Part shown: in pieces, positions 1-12,500 of the stretch
Position numbering within the stretch: the stretch's first letter is position 1
How the letters are laid out: each line of letters opens with the position of its first letter
Origin: Botryllus schlosseri
Taxonomy: Eukaryota
Length of the DNA stretch: 64,000 bases
Assembly: GCA_051294905.1 (NCBI GenBank)
Contig: CM119372.1
Coordinates: 39,186,001-39,250,000 of the forward strand
Direction: 5' to 3'
Notes under the pieces: generated by a model
Seen by the model: the letters and a program-made list of their open reading frames with translations, nothing else
Database searches by the model: none
Told to the model about the DNA's origin: nothing
Program-made: the position numbers and the translations under genes

Positions 1-35
1 TGTGTCGTTACCCCGTACCGAATATTGGTGTGTTG

Positions 36-973
36 CAGTGTTGGGATGACTCGAGTCATGACTTGACTCGAGTCAGACTCGAGTCACCTTTTTCGTATGA
101 CTTGACTTGACTCGAGTGACTTTGCAAAAATGACTTGACTTGACTTGACTTGACTCGGTGCATCAGAAATGTGGATTAACTCGTGACTCGGAGCAGAATT
201 CACGAGTCAATTTCAAGTCATCAAGTAATCGGTGTCGTAAAAAATCACTGTATCTTGCATATTTTCGGATTGTTCGCGAAACTCTGTTGCAACCCGTGAG
301 AGCGACCACTCATGCATCCATTGTTCTCGCACAAATAAATTTACCACAAAAGAAGTGATCGGAGCTTACAGCTTACGTTGTCGTATATTTGTAGTAAAGT
401 AATTTAAAAGCAAAAGATCTGTTTTTTCTGTTTTATTCAAATATAATTAGAATCTATAGTTTATACACTCGTCAACCATTGACGCGGGCTCGAATTGTAT
501 CGCAAGAAGTAGGTGGATCATGTATTGCATCTTGTCAATTCGTTCCTCTATTCTCTTTTTTGGCCGGTAACTTCGTAGCTATAAACTGAGGCTATTCAAT
601 TACTTACGTAGTTTAACAGTTCAACGAATATATGAGTGATACAACTCTTTCCTGCGTGTATACGTACTCTATATTCGTTCGTCGGTTCAAAATGCAGAGA
701 CCACTCATGCAACCTGTATTTTAAACAGCTAGCAAAATGAAATGACGTAATCATGTCTCATACTTCAAAAAGGCAACTTGACTTGAATTGTGATTTCACT
801 AGTGACTTGACTTGACTTGACTCGACTTGACTCGAGTCACCTCCAAAAATCGAGTGACTTGACTTGACTCGAGTCACTTTGGAAAATCGATTGACTTGAC
901 TTGACTCGAGTCAAAATGTGCAATGACTCGAAATGACTCGTGACTCGAAGGTAGTGACTTGATCCCAACACTG
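36..973. mobile_element. Non-autonomous hAT-type element (MITE), GACTCGAGTC/GACTT subterminal-repeat family A
   Basis: TIR CAGTGTTGGGAT...ATCCCAACACTG; perfect 8-bp TSD GTGTGTTG (28-35, 974-981); dense GACTT/GACTCGAGTC subterminal repeats at both ends. Confidence 0.93.
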
Positions 974-1689
974 GTGTGTTGTGGTTATGGCTTTCACATC
1001 ATCTGTTGGTAAAATCATTAATGTATGCATTGGTAACGGAACATGGGATATTCCTAAACTATCTATTGTCTGTGTCTACAATGTCCGTGAATGAATTTAC
1101 AATCATGGATGTTCGTTATCCAGCGGTTCGCATTTCAGCTGTTCAGTCAAATACTATATCCTGTAACAATTTCTAATTATTATTTGTGATACTCATTTCA
1201 GTTGATATACGAGTTATTTTGTTGATATATTTAGCCTTTATTTTACGATAGAGACTGAAGCCATGAAGTGATTGCGGTGCGCCCTAATATCCGTATAAAT
1301 CTGAGGGGGAATTGAAAAGAATGCAGCGATGGAGAAGGCAGCAGTTTATAAAATATCGGCCTCCGATCATTCGTTCAACCTGCAGTGACAATGTCCATGA
1401 TCAGCCCACTATCACTATGAAATAACACTGCACGAATACGAGGACAGTAGAATTACCCAGATATCAGAGACCACATCATGCCAGAACTTGACAGAAATAT
1501 TAGGCAGGCTCTGAATAAAGTCAGCGTGGGTATGTAGGCTGCTGATGGGAGCTCTGCATTGCCTTGCTCCTATTCTTCCCGCCAAGGTACGGACTTGCTT
1601 GATATGCCAGATTTCGTCCCTATTCCAATTCAAGAGAGAAGAAATGCTCATCTCAAGAACTGGAATAGTTGTATCAAACTTGTCTCGGA

Positions 1690-2052
1690 AAGAAGATATC
1701 AATGTTCCATGCATTTTATATGACTGTCTGTCTGGTATTTGTATGTATGATCGTGGTGGATTTTATTGTAACTAATACGACAATAAAAACATATCGTCAA
1801 ATTGTGATATTTTGCAACGCAAGTGTCAATGTCTGCCAGAAAGCAACTATGATTCTGGTAGCGATAGGGGCACTAGCGGTTGTAAGATGCAGTAGCCAGA
1901 GGGTTAATGCTCGACGATGAAAGAGTTAATGAGTCTGCAGCTGAAGTGCGAAAAGTGTGTCTTTCGAAGCATCATTTTGGCATCGAAAGCGTATGATAGG
2001 CCGTGCTTCCCATTTTGTTGACTGGGATACAGGGCTAATAAATGCTCTGACT
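1690..2052 (+). pseudogene. Possible decayed EGF-like (cbEGF-type) coding remnant
   Basis: Frame of ORF 1545 reads EDINVPCILYDCLSGICMYDRGGFYCN*YDNKNISSNCDILQRKCQCLPE..., later PFC*LGYRANKCSD*; EGF-like Cys spacing with in-frame stops. Confidence 0.3.
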
Positions 2053-3234
2053 AATCTGTGTACTAATTTCAACGAAGACAAACCAGATCTTCCCACCTAA
2101 GACACAATCACAAAGGCGGCGACGCGGCGAAATCAAACCATATCAGGATTACGGCTGATACGGCACTACTAAATCATCGAAGCGATGTTTTCTTCCTGAC
2201 GGATTTTAAAAATATTCACGATGTACCATTGTGCCTCACCTTTCCCTTATTATGTTGCATTCAAACGTTGTGTATATGTTTCGCAATAGGATATATTACT
2301 CGAGACTGAGACGATGTCATAAAGTAGTAGTTAGTAGACACTGGACATTGATCTGAGCAAGCAAGAACATATTTACCATCATTGAGATGGATTGGGTACC
2401 GGATGCTTGCGCTAGCTAGTGGGGAATATTTTGCGGCAAATAACGCCAGAAATGGGATCCTTTCGATAACTATATCATCATCGTTTAAATGCGAAACAAT
2501 TTTGTGGAAGATGAGTAATTCCAGGTAATCGACGTCATCCCTTTACATTGTCATAAACATTTTTATCCAAACTCTATGATAGGCCTACATGAAGATATTA
2601 AACGCGCTAAAATGCATAACACAATAGTTCGTCATTGTCGTGTGATAAAATTTCCCACCGTAAATTCATGATTTTATGAAATGTCAAACCGTAATGACAT
2701 CACTTCTTCCGTTAGGAATCGTGCCAAATTTTTAGACAACAGCAATTCAGTCTCTATGCCAGAGAAATTTGGAATTGTATATTTGACAGCTCTAAATTAT
2801 GGCTACTTTGAACATCCAGTTTTTACCGGCTGAATATTGCCACCTAGCGAATTCGGAGAACATGTAAGTTTTATCGATTTCAATTACAGACAACGGTCAC
2901 AGTGATGTCACGCCAGTACAGAGTGATTTACTCATAAACATATATCAGGGACGAATATCGAGTTAATTACAAGGGGCGTTGTATTGATCACATATATGTA
3001 GAACAACTAGGCCACGTCGGTAACACTCGATGGTAGAATATGAAGCCGTAGAATGTCGAAACAAATTGATATGATGCAATACACAATCCACCAACGCATC
3101 CGTACGATAGAATTTAAGCTTGTACCAATTGTTTGACGAGTGATATAGGTGCATAAACTAATATATCAGTTCGAATTATAATATGCAAGAGGTTCGTTAA
3201 GATTAACAGTGAGCAGAAAGACTCTGCTATAGAT

Positions 3235-4326
3235 TAGGGTTGCCATATTTTTGTGAAGCCAATTCCGGACATTCTTTAGCGCCCACTAGCGGATTTTAAA
3301 ATGAGGTGTAACACATTGACCGTCAATATGACGTCACACTAGCAAAGCATTGCCCATCGACTGTATACATTATACAGGAATGAAGTGGAACATAGGTCAT
3401 GAATTGGGTCATCTGTAATGTGAGCTCTGGTGATTGCTACTTGCTAGGGTTTGCAATAGATTCCTCCACGGGCCGGATGAAACCATCTGGCGGGCCGTGT
3501 CTGGCCTGTCAGGATTGTGTTTGACAGCCCTGCTATACAGTTAGGTCGGTGCGGCTATCTGATTACGTGTTTTAATCAGGTCCGAAACAACATTTTTTCT
3601 CCCCCCTTCCGCAAAAAAGCACTGATCTTGGGCCAACCATAGCGTAGTCGATGTAACTTGTTGGACACTTACTATATGCATTTGGCTGTTAAACTTTATG
3701 TATGGATTCTGTCAATTATATTGATTCTTCAATATGCTAGGCTACTATAAAATGCACCAGCAGGCTGCACATCCGGTGATTTGCAGTCTATTATGATCGC
3801 GACCTCATTTCCCACTTGAAAATGTTCCGTGGCAAAGCTCAAAAGTTGATTACTAAAAAAATTCGGCCTAGGAAGCTGATTACGTCCAACATCATCGTGA
3901 TCTCCAGATAAAGGCGGACGACCCCAAGATTTGGAACCACTGTCTGTGATTGAAGCATCCAATCGGCCTTAACCAACTCTAGGAATATACCGTTAGCTTA
4001 TAATTGCGATTACAATTAGACTTATTTCAGTAAATGATGGTTATTTATATTTATTTTGATTGCATTTTTTGACGAGGGTGGTGACTGGAGCCCATACTAA
4101 TATCATTATACGTTGCATCTCGCGCGCGGCGCGAAGAGCAATTTTGAATGGCATAAATCTGCTTGAAAATAGTATTGTTTATGTTGATTTACGAAAAACT
4201 TTTGAGCCTGCTTCAAGCCTTCAAAATTCCGGACATTTAGGCATATTTTAGAAATTCCTCCCGGACGCAGATTTTTCAGTGAAATTCCGGACATGTCCGG
4301 GAAATTCCGGACGTATGGCAACCCTA
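3235..4326. mobile_element. Non-autonomous hAT-type element, TAGGGTTGCCATA family, copy 1
   Basis: TIR TAGGGTTGCCATA...TATGGCAACCCTA; perfect TSD CTATAGAT (3227-3234, 4327-4334); TCCGGA subterminal repeats; colinear second copy at 39071-40120. Confidence 0.95.
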
Positions 4327-6388
4327 CTATAGATATAGTACTATTCGTGTATGACTATGTAAGCTAATCACTTCGTATGCGGTTAATCTATTTGTGACTT
4401 ACCGACGGAGGCAGAACAAAACCAGGCTCGGCAATCGTTGAATGACTGGTTGCTCACAAATATCGTATATGCGTGCCGGTACAGCGATTGAGTCGACTCC
4501 GCTTACTGGGAGACTTGAATTTGACTCGAAAATTTTGCTTCTAGTTATGAGTCATGTTAAGTCATCTGAAAAAGCTGACTCGAGTCGTCCCATCACAGTT
4601 AGGTATGGGTACATCTTACGATTTCTAAGACAATTTGTTATGTCAATGTCACGCTCTTGACACGGTGTACAATGCTATCTGCAGATACCCAGCAGGGGTG
4701 GGCAAACTACGACTCGCAACAGCGTTCTCTGCAGACCGCGAAAGTCTAAAGAAACTTATTAAAAATATTGATAAAATGCGTTATAAAAATCGAATTATTG
4801 CAGGAGCTTGATTAAACTTTATCAATTATCGTGCACCCGTCATCTGTCCTGTGCGAATATCGGGTATAGGCTAGTGATGAACAGCAACGAAATGACCATT
4901 CTTGAAAATAACATCTTGGCCTACTCTTTATGTAAAAACTGGGAAGTCTTTAATTATTTCAAAGTGAAAACTGTAGCTAAATTTCTTGAAATACGCGGTC
5001 GTGTCTTGAAAATACGAGCCGTCTATTTGATGTGAAAGACTGCCGAAATTCAATTTCCACGAAGATTGGTAGAGGCGAATATATCGCTAAAACGACACCG
5101 TTCGGCAGACCTGATCAACGTGCGGCCCGCGAAAGGTTGCTTGGCATTCACTACAATAATCCTGCTTTTTAAATGTTGATGCGTGGACAAAAACAGTAAG
5201 GTGTATCAACCAAACTGAAAATTCGTTTACTTTGAAGCCTGTTCATTGATATGCCACGATTAGTCGATTACGCTGCCGACGTATCTCATATATGCGTAAT
5301 CCAGATTCAAAATGAAGGCAATGTGGCAAAGTATGAGTAACAATTAAATTCACAAGAAATCACTCTTTCCATATAGCTTAAGTTATTGGGTGTCCAACTC
5401 AACTTGCATCACGTACCGGATTCATACCTTCAGATTGCTCGCGGGCCTCACTAGTCAAATGATTCCATAATAGTACCTCAAAACTTCTGCCCCTGATTTT
5501 CGTTTGAGTACTTCATTATCAAGCCTATGAACATAATAGTATATTATGTTATGTTACGGATCAGGGGTTCTATGGCAATAATACGATGAATGGGCGGTTG
5601 AATACCGTTATAAACGGTTGAAACAGAGGCTCTCGCGATGATATGAGTTGTCATATTTCTATGCACCCTTGGTTTTAGTCGTGTACTGGCGTCACGCGAA
5701 CTCTGTATCCACTTTTTTGCCCTCTCGAAATAGGGTGTCAACGAGGACGACTTGTTCCTAATCGTGACTAAAGTGAAATCACATGTCGGATATTGTTATG
5801 GCCAATGAACATACTCTATCATTTGCTGTCGTGAGGGATTATTTAATGAAAGTGTTTCTTGTTGAAATCCCAACATTTGCTATTAGAAATATGCTCGATA
5901 ATACACGCAATTTTCAATGTACTGAAAATTGCTTTGCGGGCCGTATGGTTGACAACCCTGGTTTTGGTCAAACCTTTGTTGCCATTGTAACATTACGCAT
6001 TACGCATTGTTACGCGAGGCGTTTCCAAATCTTTAATTTGTAAAACAAGTCAATCAGTGCTAGCGATTATTATATGAATCCTATCTATCTCCCATAAAGG
6101 ATGAACGCCTGAACTGTAAGTCAAAAAGAGATAGCTGAAATTCAAAGGTTCAGTGCACTAAACATTTGTATACTGGAGTTAGGGGTAACCCGTGCTTTTA
6201 GTTTTTGCCGAGCATGTCGCTGAGATTAAGGATTTCAATTATGACAAAAACACGAAACAGTCGGTCAAGGAAGGGCGAATATCAGAAAAACTGCAAACTT
6301 CGCTCAACATCAAGGCAATTTGAGCTGCATTCTGCTCGGAATGTAGCTACCAAGACAAGCTTTTTACTATCACATATACATTTCAGTG

Positions 6389-6700
6389 CAGTGGTTCTCG
6401 AACTGGGGGCGTGAAAGCATCTGAACGGGGGCGCGACGTCGAAGTTAAATTAAAATTTTTTCGCGTTTCGTGCGATTCACCCCCAGCTTATAGTGTATTT
6501 TTGCTTTGTGTATTGTAAGACTCTGAATTTACAGAATTCCCTCATCAACAACCACAACATTTCATGCCATCAAACTATCCGTTGTGATTCCAAGCATTCT
6601 GGTTGCTCTTTTTAATATGCTGTGATATCACGATATTATTGGGCGCGAAATATTTCACTATCATAAAGAGACGGGCCTAAGAAAAGTTTGAGAACCACTG
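6389..6700. mobile_element. Short hAT (Charlie/Buster-like) MITE
   Basis: TIR CAGTGGTTCTC...GAGAACCACTG; TSD TTTCAGTG/TTTTAGTG (1 mismatch). Confidence 0.85.
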
Positions 6701-6970
6701 TTTTAGTGTCTTAATAGATGAACGCGGATAGGGGTTTAAAGAAAGGTAAAAATGTATCATGTTCAACATTGATTCGAATCGTGACGGCGAATAGATATTA
6801 TTTTTTTTTTATCTAACACCCACTTTCTCATTACCTAACACCAACATATTCACTGAGCAGCATTTACTAGCAATGTAATTAAGAAATAAAATTAAACTAA
6901 TACGCTGGAGAATATAGCTAAAAAATTGCACTCGGTCCGCCAACGTATTTCTATTGCTCATTTGGCCCGT

Positions 6971-7233
6971 GGAGAGAGAGAGAGAGAGAGAGAGATGATA
7001 TTCTTTTTCTCTTGCACCATCGAGATACTTTGACGACGGAGTTGCGATACGGCTGTGAGGTCATATAGTCTGCGCCCCCGTTTTTTTCTTCTCCATGCTA
7101 GCCGTGATTGCTGAGCGCCTAGCAGGACAGCTGCGGATATCAATTTTCGTGTCTTTGGTATGACCCGACCTGGAATCGAAACCACGACCTACCGATCGAG
7201 AAGCCGGACGCATAACCACTACACTATCTCGCT
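6971..7233 (-). mobile_element. tRNA-derived SINE, family 1
   Basis: Minus strand begins AGCGAGATAGTGTAGTGG (A box) ... GGTTTCGATTCC (B box) and ends GAATATCAT(CT)n; homologous copy at 31071-32146. Confidence 0.88.
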
Positions 7234-7470
7234 CAGAAGAGGAAAGCGGAAAATAATTGCCCACTCCTGCCTTTGGGTATGATCGCAACATATATTTGAC
7301 ATCTAAATTGAGAAACAGATTTTTAGTGAATATATAATGTCCACCATAGTCATTTCTAGCAGCTTATCTTATCTGTAATAGCAGTTATACATATCACAGA
7401 AAAAATGGATTTTTGCAAACAAATCTTATCCGAAATCCCAAGAAAACACATCTAAACAGCAATATGTTTG

Positions 7471-7735
7471 CTTGCTTAGCCAATATTCATAATGTTTCGA
7501 CTACATTGGTCTATTCACACCGGTACCTTATTTTTGATTCCGTATTTACCTAATTGTAGCACGACCACTTCTAGACTTTTCACAAGACACCGCTTACGCG
7601 GATCACGTGACTAGGAGGAGCCCAGATAAACCTCCAACACCTAGGCAGGAATTCTGGAGTCGACCTCGGTCGGACTCGAACTCCCAATTCATTAGTGTTG
7701 CAGCAGTGAATCATATCACTATGCTATCTCGCTAC
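7471..7735 (-). mobile_element. tRNA-derived SINE, family 2
   Basis: Minus strand AGCGAGATAGCATAGTG... GAGTTCGAGTCC (B box); flanked by a perfect 15-bp direct repeat ACAGCAATATGTTTG (7456-7470, 7736-7750), consistent with a retroposition TSD. Confidence 0.8.
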
Positions 7736-9471
7736 ACAGCAATATGTTTGTATTAGTACGACATTGGCAATTTGGAAATTGAAATGAGTTTTCACGGTAG
7801 AATATTTCATCGAAGACGGCCGTGCTGTTTATGTGAGTTGTGAAATTTTAGCAGTTATGAAGCGAAACTGCCACGTGATTTCTGCAATCAAAAAAATACA
7901 AGTTGAGTTATCTACCATATAGCATTGAAGGTTTCGTGGACCCCCTGAAAATGCTTCGCGGACCCCGGTTGAAAACTAGTAGACTAAGGGTTGGTGAACA
8001 GCGCAAGGGTTCGTCAGCTTAAAAATAGTTCAGAACCTCGGTCCTGGGGTAGTGATTGGCAACCTGAAATTAGCTATAATTAGTTAACCGGATATGTTTA
8101 TAACAACTTTCGCTAGCCTTGTGCGTTGCATTTACCGATGATCTATATATAAGCATATAAGGACGTCGATGAATAGCTTTTATCCGCTTGAAATAGACCC
8201 GAGTGTGATGTTTGGTCTACTGCTGAACAAATAGGTCGCAACCGAAACGGGTGTTTACTCTACACACCGCACACGCTTCATTCACAGCACAGCAAATTTT
8301 CCTGTCGTCTGGGTGGGTATATTGCCTGATAGTATGTGGGTTTCCACACGATCATCACCATATTAGCGCATATAATACAGGCAGATGTCAATGAAGCCTG
8401 TTAGGTTATTTTATGCATGCTTGATATCTTCATGAACTCAACATTATGCCACTGGTAACTTTGGTACTTTCCTATCTATGTACGCGGTCAGAAACGGCAT
8501 GAACTGTGTGTGCTTTTCGACATTCTACAGGGGATTGTGTCCATACCAGCGTTTCTGAAATGGATATGGTCTCATTAAACATCCCATTTCGCATCTGTGG
8601 GGTTTGAAGCCAAATTACCTTGAAACCTTGTACTGAACCAAGGTTTGTTTTTGATGTTGCTTTATGCACCAATCTTATGAATCGAATGATCACGAAAACA
8701 ATATAGGCTATCGCCTGTATTTAGGTCAACTAGTCAGTGTGTACATTTATTGAGACCAAAATATTTTACCGTAAAATAACGTCACAGATGCCATGTTATA
8801 TAACAATCGGATGTATCGACCGAACCACAAAAACTAAATTTGGGGGAGGACAAATAGTCTTTAACTCTATATCTCTAGGATGCTATATGTATGATTTTCA
8901 AAGACTATGTAGTTTTCAAATTATGTGCATGTCCTGGCGTAAACCGTCGTCATGAGGGGTTATTCCTGGGTATGCGTATGCATCTTGCAATTTTTGAATG
9001 ATTTAAATTTTAAAGAATCACGGATGTATACAGGATTAAAAGCTATGTTTCTAGGAAGAGGTATAATCGCTATCATGTTCCACTCTTATTATAGAAGTAA
9101 ATTTTGTCAAACTTGAATATGTGGCTATATCGATGAGTCAACGAATACAGGTTTACTTTTAGCCTACGGTTTTTACTGGTATAGCTGTCTCACTACATTG
9201 TATATCTATTTTGATGGGGTACTGAAAATAAATACTATACTATATAGTACCTGGTGTCTCATAGCCAATTCAATAGCTAACCCTGATTGGGTTTCACACC
9301 CATGGACGCACTAGCAACGAATTATACGGTACAGTCATGTCGAAGAATCTACTGAGAGAAAAACCAACAGAGAAGCGGAGTAGGACTACGTCAATCTAAA
9401 AGTCCGCGGGGAATTCCTACGCATATTGTTGCAGGGGAAACTAAACCATCGGCGTATGAACTGTCTCTCTC

Positions 9472-9479
9472 TATATATA
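9472..9479 (+). promoter_or_regulatory. Candidate TATA box of the Cys-rich secreted protein gene
   Basis: TATATATA ~100 bp upstream of the predicted ATG at 9574; supported by position only. Confidence 0.3.
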
Positions 9480-9573
9480 GGCTACCTCAATGTACACTCT
9501 TCATTCAATCAGCCACTGAATTGATCACTTAAAATTCAATCGTGAAGATATAAAGTAAGCAGGAGCTTCGATA

Positions 9574-12500
9574 ATGCTGAGTTGCTGTGTAGTATTGGTC
9601 GCTTTTACAGGTAATATATCATCCAGTTTCATCACACTACCGAAGCAATAGGAATAGATTCAGTGTGGTTAGTGAATGAAACAATTACAGAGCCCTATTG
9701 ATCGGTGTATTATCATCGTTAATAGACAAGTGGTCAACCATTGGGATTTTATGAAGCGTTAAGGTTTATACTTTTCGCTTCATTGCCCGTTACTCACCTG
9801 TGAGCAAATATCGTATGTAACAGCGGCACATAATATTCAGTTGGTCTGTGTGAGATTCTTTTGATAATCATCGGTATTGACTCTATTCGTTCTATTCAGC
9901 CTTTGCCGCGTCTCAAGATCTGAAGTGTATAGGGCGAGATTTATGTACCGACACTGTATCCGGAAAAAGCTCCACGTGCGCGAAATGGGGTTACGCGTGT
10001 TGTGTGGTACGGGGTGAAATCCTTCAGCTATCGAAGGCCCCAAGAGGAACGATGTGCTGCCATGGTACGTGAAATTAAAATTACAAGGAACAGCTAGAAT
10101 CTTGCGTCATATTCATATTATATTTTGTGGTCGAAGAGATAAATATGACTTTTATGTGATATAGGTTTAGTATCAACTTCTTTAAATCGTCACCATTATT
10201 TTACCCATTGGTTTATACATGTTTTATATCAGTGTTTCCTAAAGTACGGGTCGCGAAGGTACCAAATTTGTGTCTCGTATACGTACCAAAATGATCATTA
10301 CACGAACGTAATATTTGGAGAATTTCTGATCTTAGTAAGGGCTCATATTGTGTTTTAATGCGCGGTTTATTACAATGATTGATAAGCGCCAGTTACTATG
10401 ATGGAAAGGGTCGTGATATTGACACCTAATTGAAAGTTGAGACTGGGAAAGGTTGGAAATTATTCATGTATGCATACGCAAATGACACAATACAACAGAG
10501 TTGAATACTACGATAAACCTTAACCGCACTATCACATTGCATTAATGACTTTATTGTATAATACATTATGTTTCATAGAAATGTGTTGAGTGCTACGACT
10601 GGTTGTTTGCACGTTATCTGTATCATAGGCACAAAAAATCGTTGCACGCTAACACTAAAATGTATCACTTTCGATGTGTGAGGTTTCTTGGGTCGCTAGA
10701 CATTGATAAAACTTACCTGACAAAATTTGGTTCACGATATAAAACGGTTGATAACCATTGTCTTATTGTAAAGGTGTCGGACTCTACAACATGCAAACTC
10801 ATCTATGCCGAGAACACACAGTCGTCCAAAGACCAGGCGTGCGACATTGTCCGTCAAGCCAAATTTTATACAACCCTTCTACGCAAACATGCTGTCAGGC
10901 TACCAGAGACAGTCAACCGACAGTTCATCTGACTGAGCCTAACGGCTTATGCTGCGGATCGGATTACGTCAGTGCCTCATCAAAAGGGTGTTGCGACGGG
11001 AAGCCTTACGACAAAAGTACGGAATGTTGTGAAAGTTCGAGGGTGATGCCGAAGGAAGTCTGCAAATTAATCCGTAACGAAAGAGGTATATGTCCCATAT
11101 TCTTGAGCTAGCCGATAGAATACTGTACTTAGGAAAACACCGTTAAATACTGCCGGTAAAGTAGGCTACGTGTGCTTGCGTGGGTATTTAATAGTTTAGG
11201 TTCTACGCTATATTGTGAATTTCTCCCGACCTATTGTACTTGGGTAGGTTTTCCCCTTCGACAAACACCTTTTCCTATTGTCGGTATACGAGCGTGTAGT
11301 CGCACAGTTGGATATAGGCTACTGGTCAGTGGTAACTAGTTCATGACTTGAGATTATCAATGGAGCGTTATGTACGTTATACGCAACTCATCAAACCTGG
11401 ACAACGAGAAAATTTTAAGCTTTTCAAAATTAAAGTTGCAGTAGAGTTATAGCTATACATATTGTTCGAAATTAAATTAGAATTAGAATTACCGAATTCG
11501 CGAAAACTCGGACATTGAATCAATTTCCGTTAATGTCAAATTGATAATTCATAGCCTACTAATGAGTATGAGAACAGCAAATGTCTGAACATTGGGCTTG
11601 ACTCGCTTCGCACTATATAGCTCTCCTGTAGCATATACAGCGAAATCAGATATTAGATTAGAATTAATATTAAAACATAAAAACATTGTGAAAACTGGAT
11701 CGAACTTGAACTTCGCTCTAATTAAGTCTAATTGGAAAATTACAATTGTTTAGGTGTTTATGTGTGACCCAGGCCACCAAGTATGATCAAAATTGGTGGT
11801 GTGGAAGATTAGTATTGATAAAGGTAGACTCGAGCCACATTTAAGCCTCCGTATAGATTTGTACATGATAACCACCGTCATCAACAAATGCTTCCCATGT
11901 CTTATTGTATACAACTATTTTAAAGATATGTATACGACCAATTGGTTGTAGCATATCGTCTTTACCGGCACGATGAAGCACAATATTTGCTTTTGTCAAC
12001 CTATTCCTCGTCGGCAACCGCCGTTCAGTTGTGTACCCACCAGTAAAGATTCATTTGATTTGCAGACAACGGTATAACTTGCGCCGGTCCCTCTATATGC
12101 AAAGACGAGCACACCGGCGAAAAGTTTCAATGCATAGAAACAGATTTCGAATGCTGCAGATTCTCGGACGGGAGTGTTCAGCTCGTCAATGCGCCGAGAG
12201 GGACAAGCTGCTGCCAAGGTATGATATCATCGTGACACTGTCCTCATAAGCACAATACAGAAATGAGTGGAATCGGTATTCTGATATGTAAATCTGGTCG
12301 GAGATATGGCTTTAAATTCCAGTACAAATTCAAACCTTGAGTTATGTCGTATCATGGTAATGTCAGTTATCAAGCATGATTATTAGCACACCCAATATAC
12401 TTCCACTTGAACATTATTTCAGCAAAACTACATCCTTTTACCACTTTGAATTCGAGACGTAAAAAGTAGGTACCCTCCACCAAATCTACTTTTAGAAGCT

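Noticed and set aside
40..960. Palindromic GACTCGAGTC arrays as CRISPR-like or iteron repeats
   Set aside because: No constant repeat-spacer period and no cas genes; they are subterminal repeats inside TIR/TSD-bounded eukaryotic elements
7160..7233. tRNA gene (also 31071-31145 and 7660-7735)
   Set aside because: A/B boxes are present but no intact cloverleaf; they continue into SINE bodies and tails
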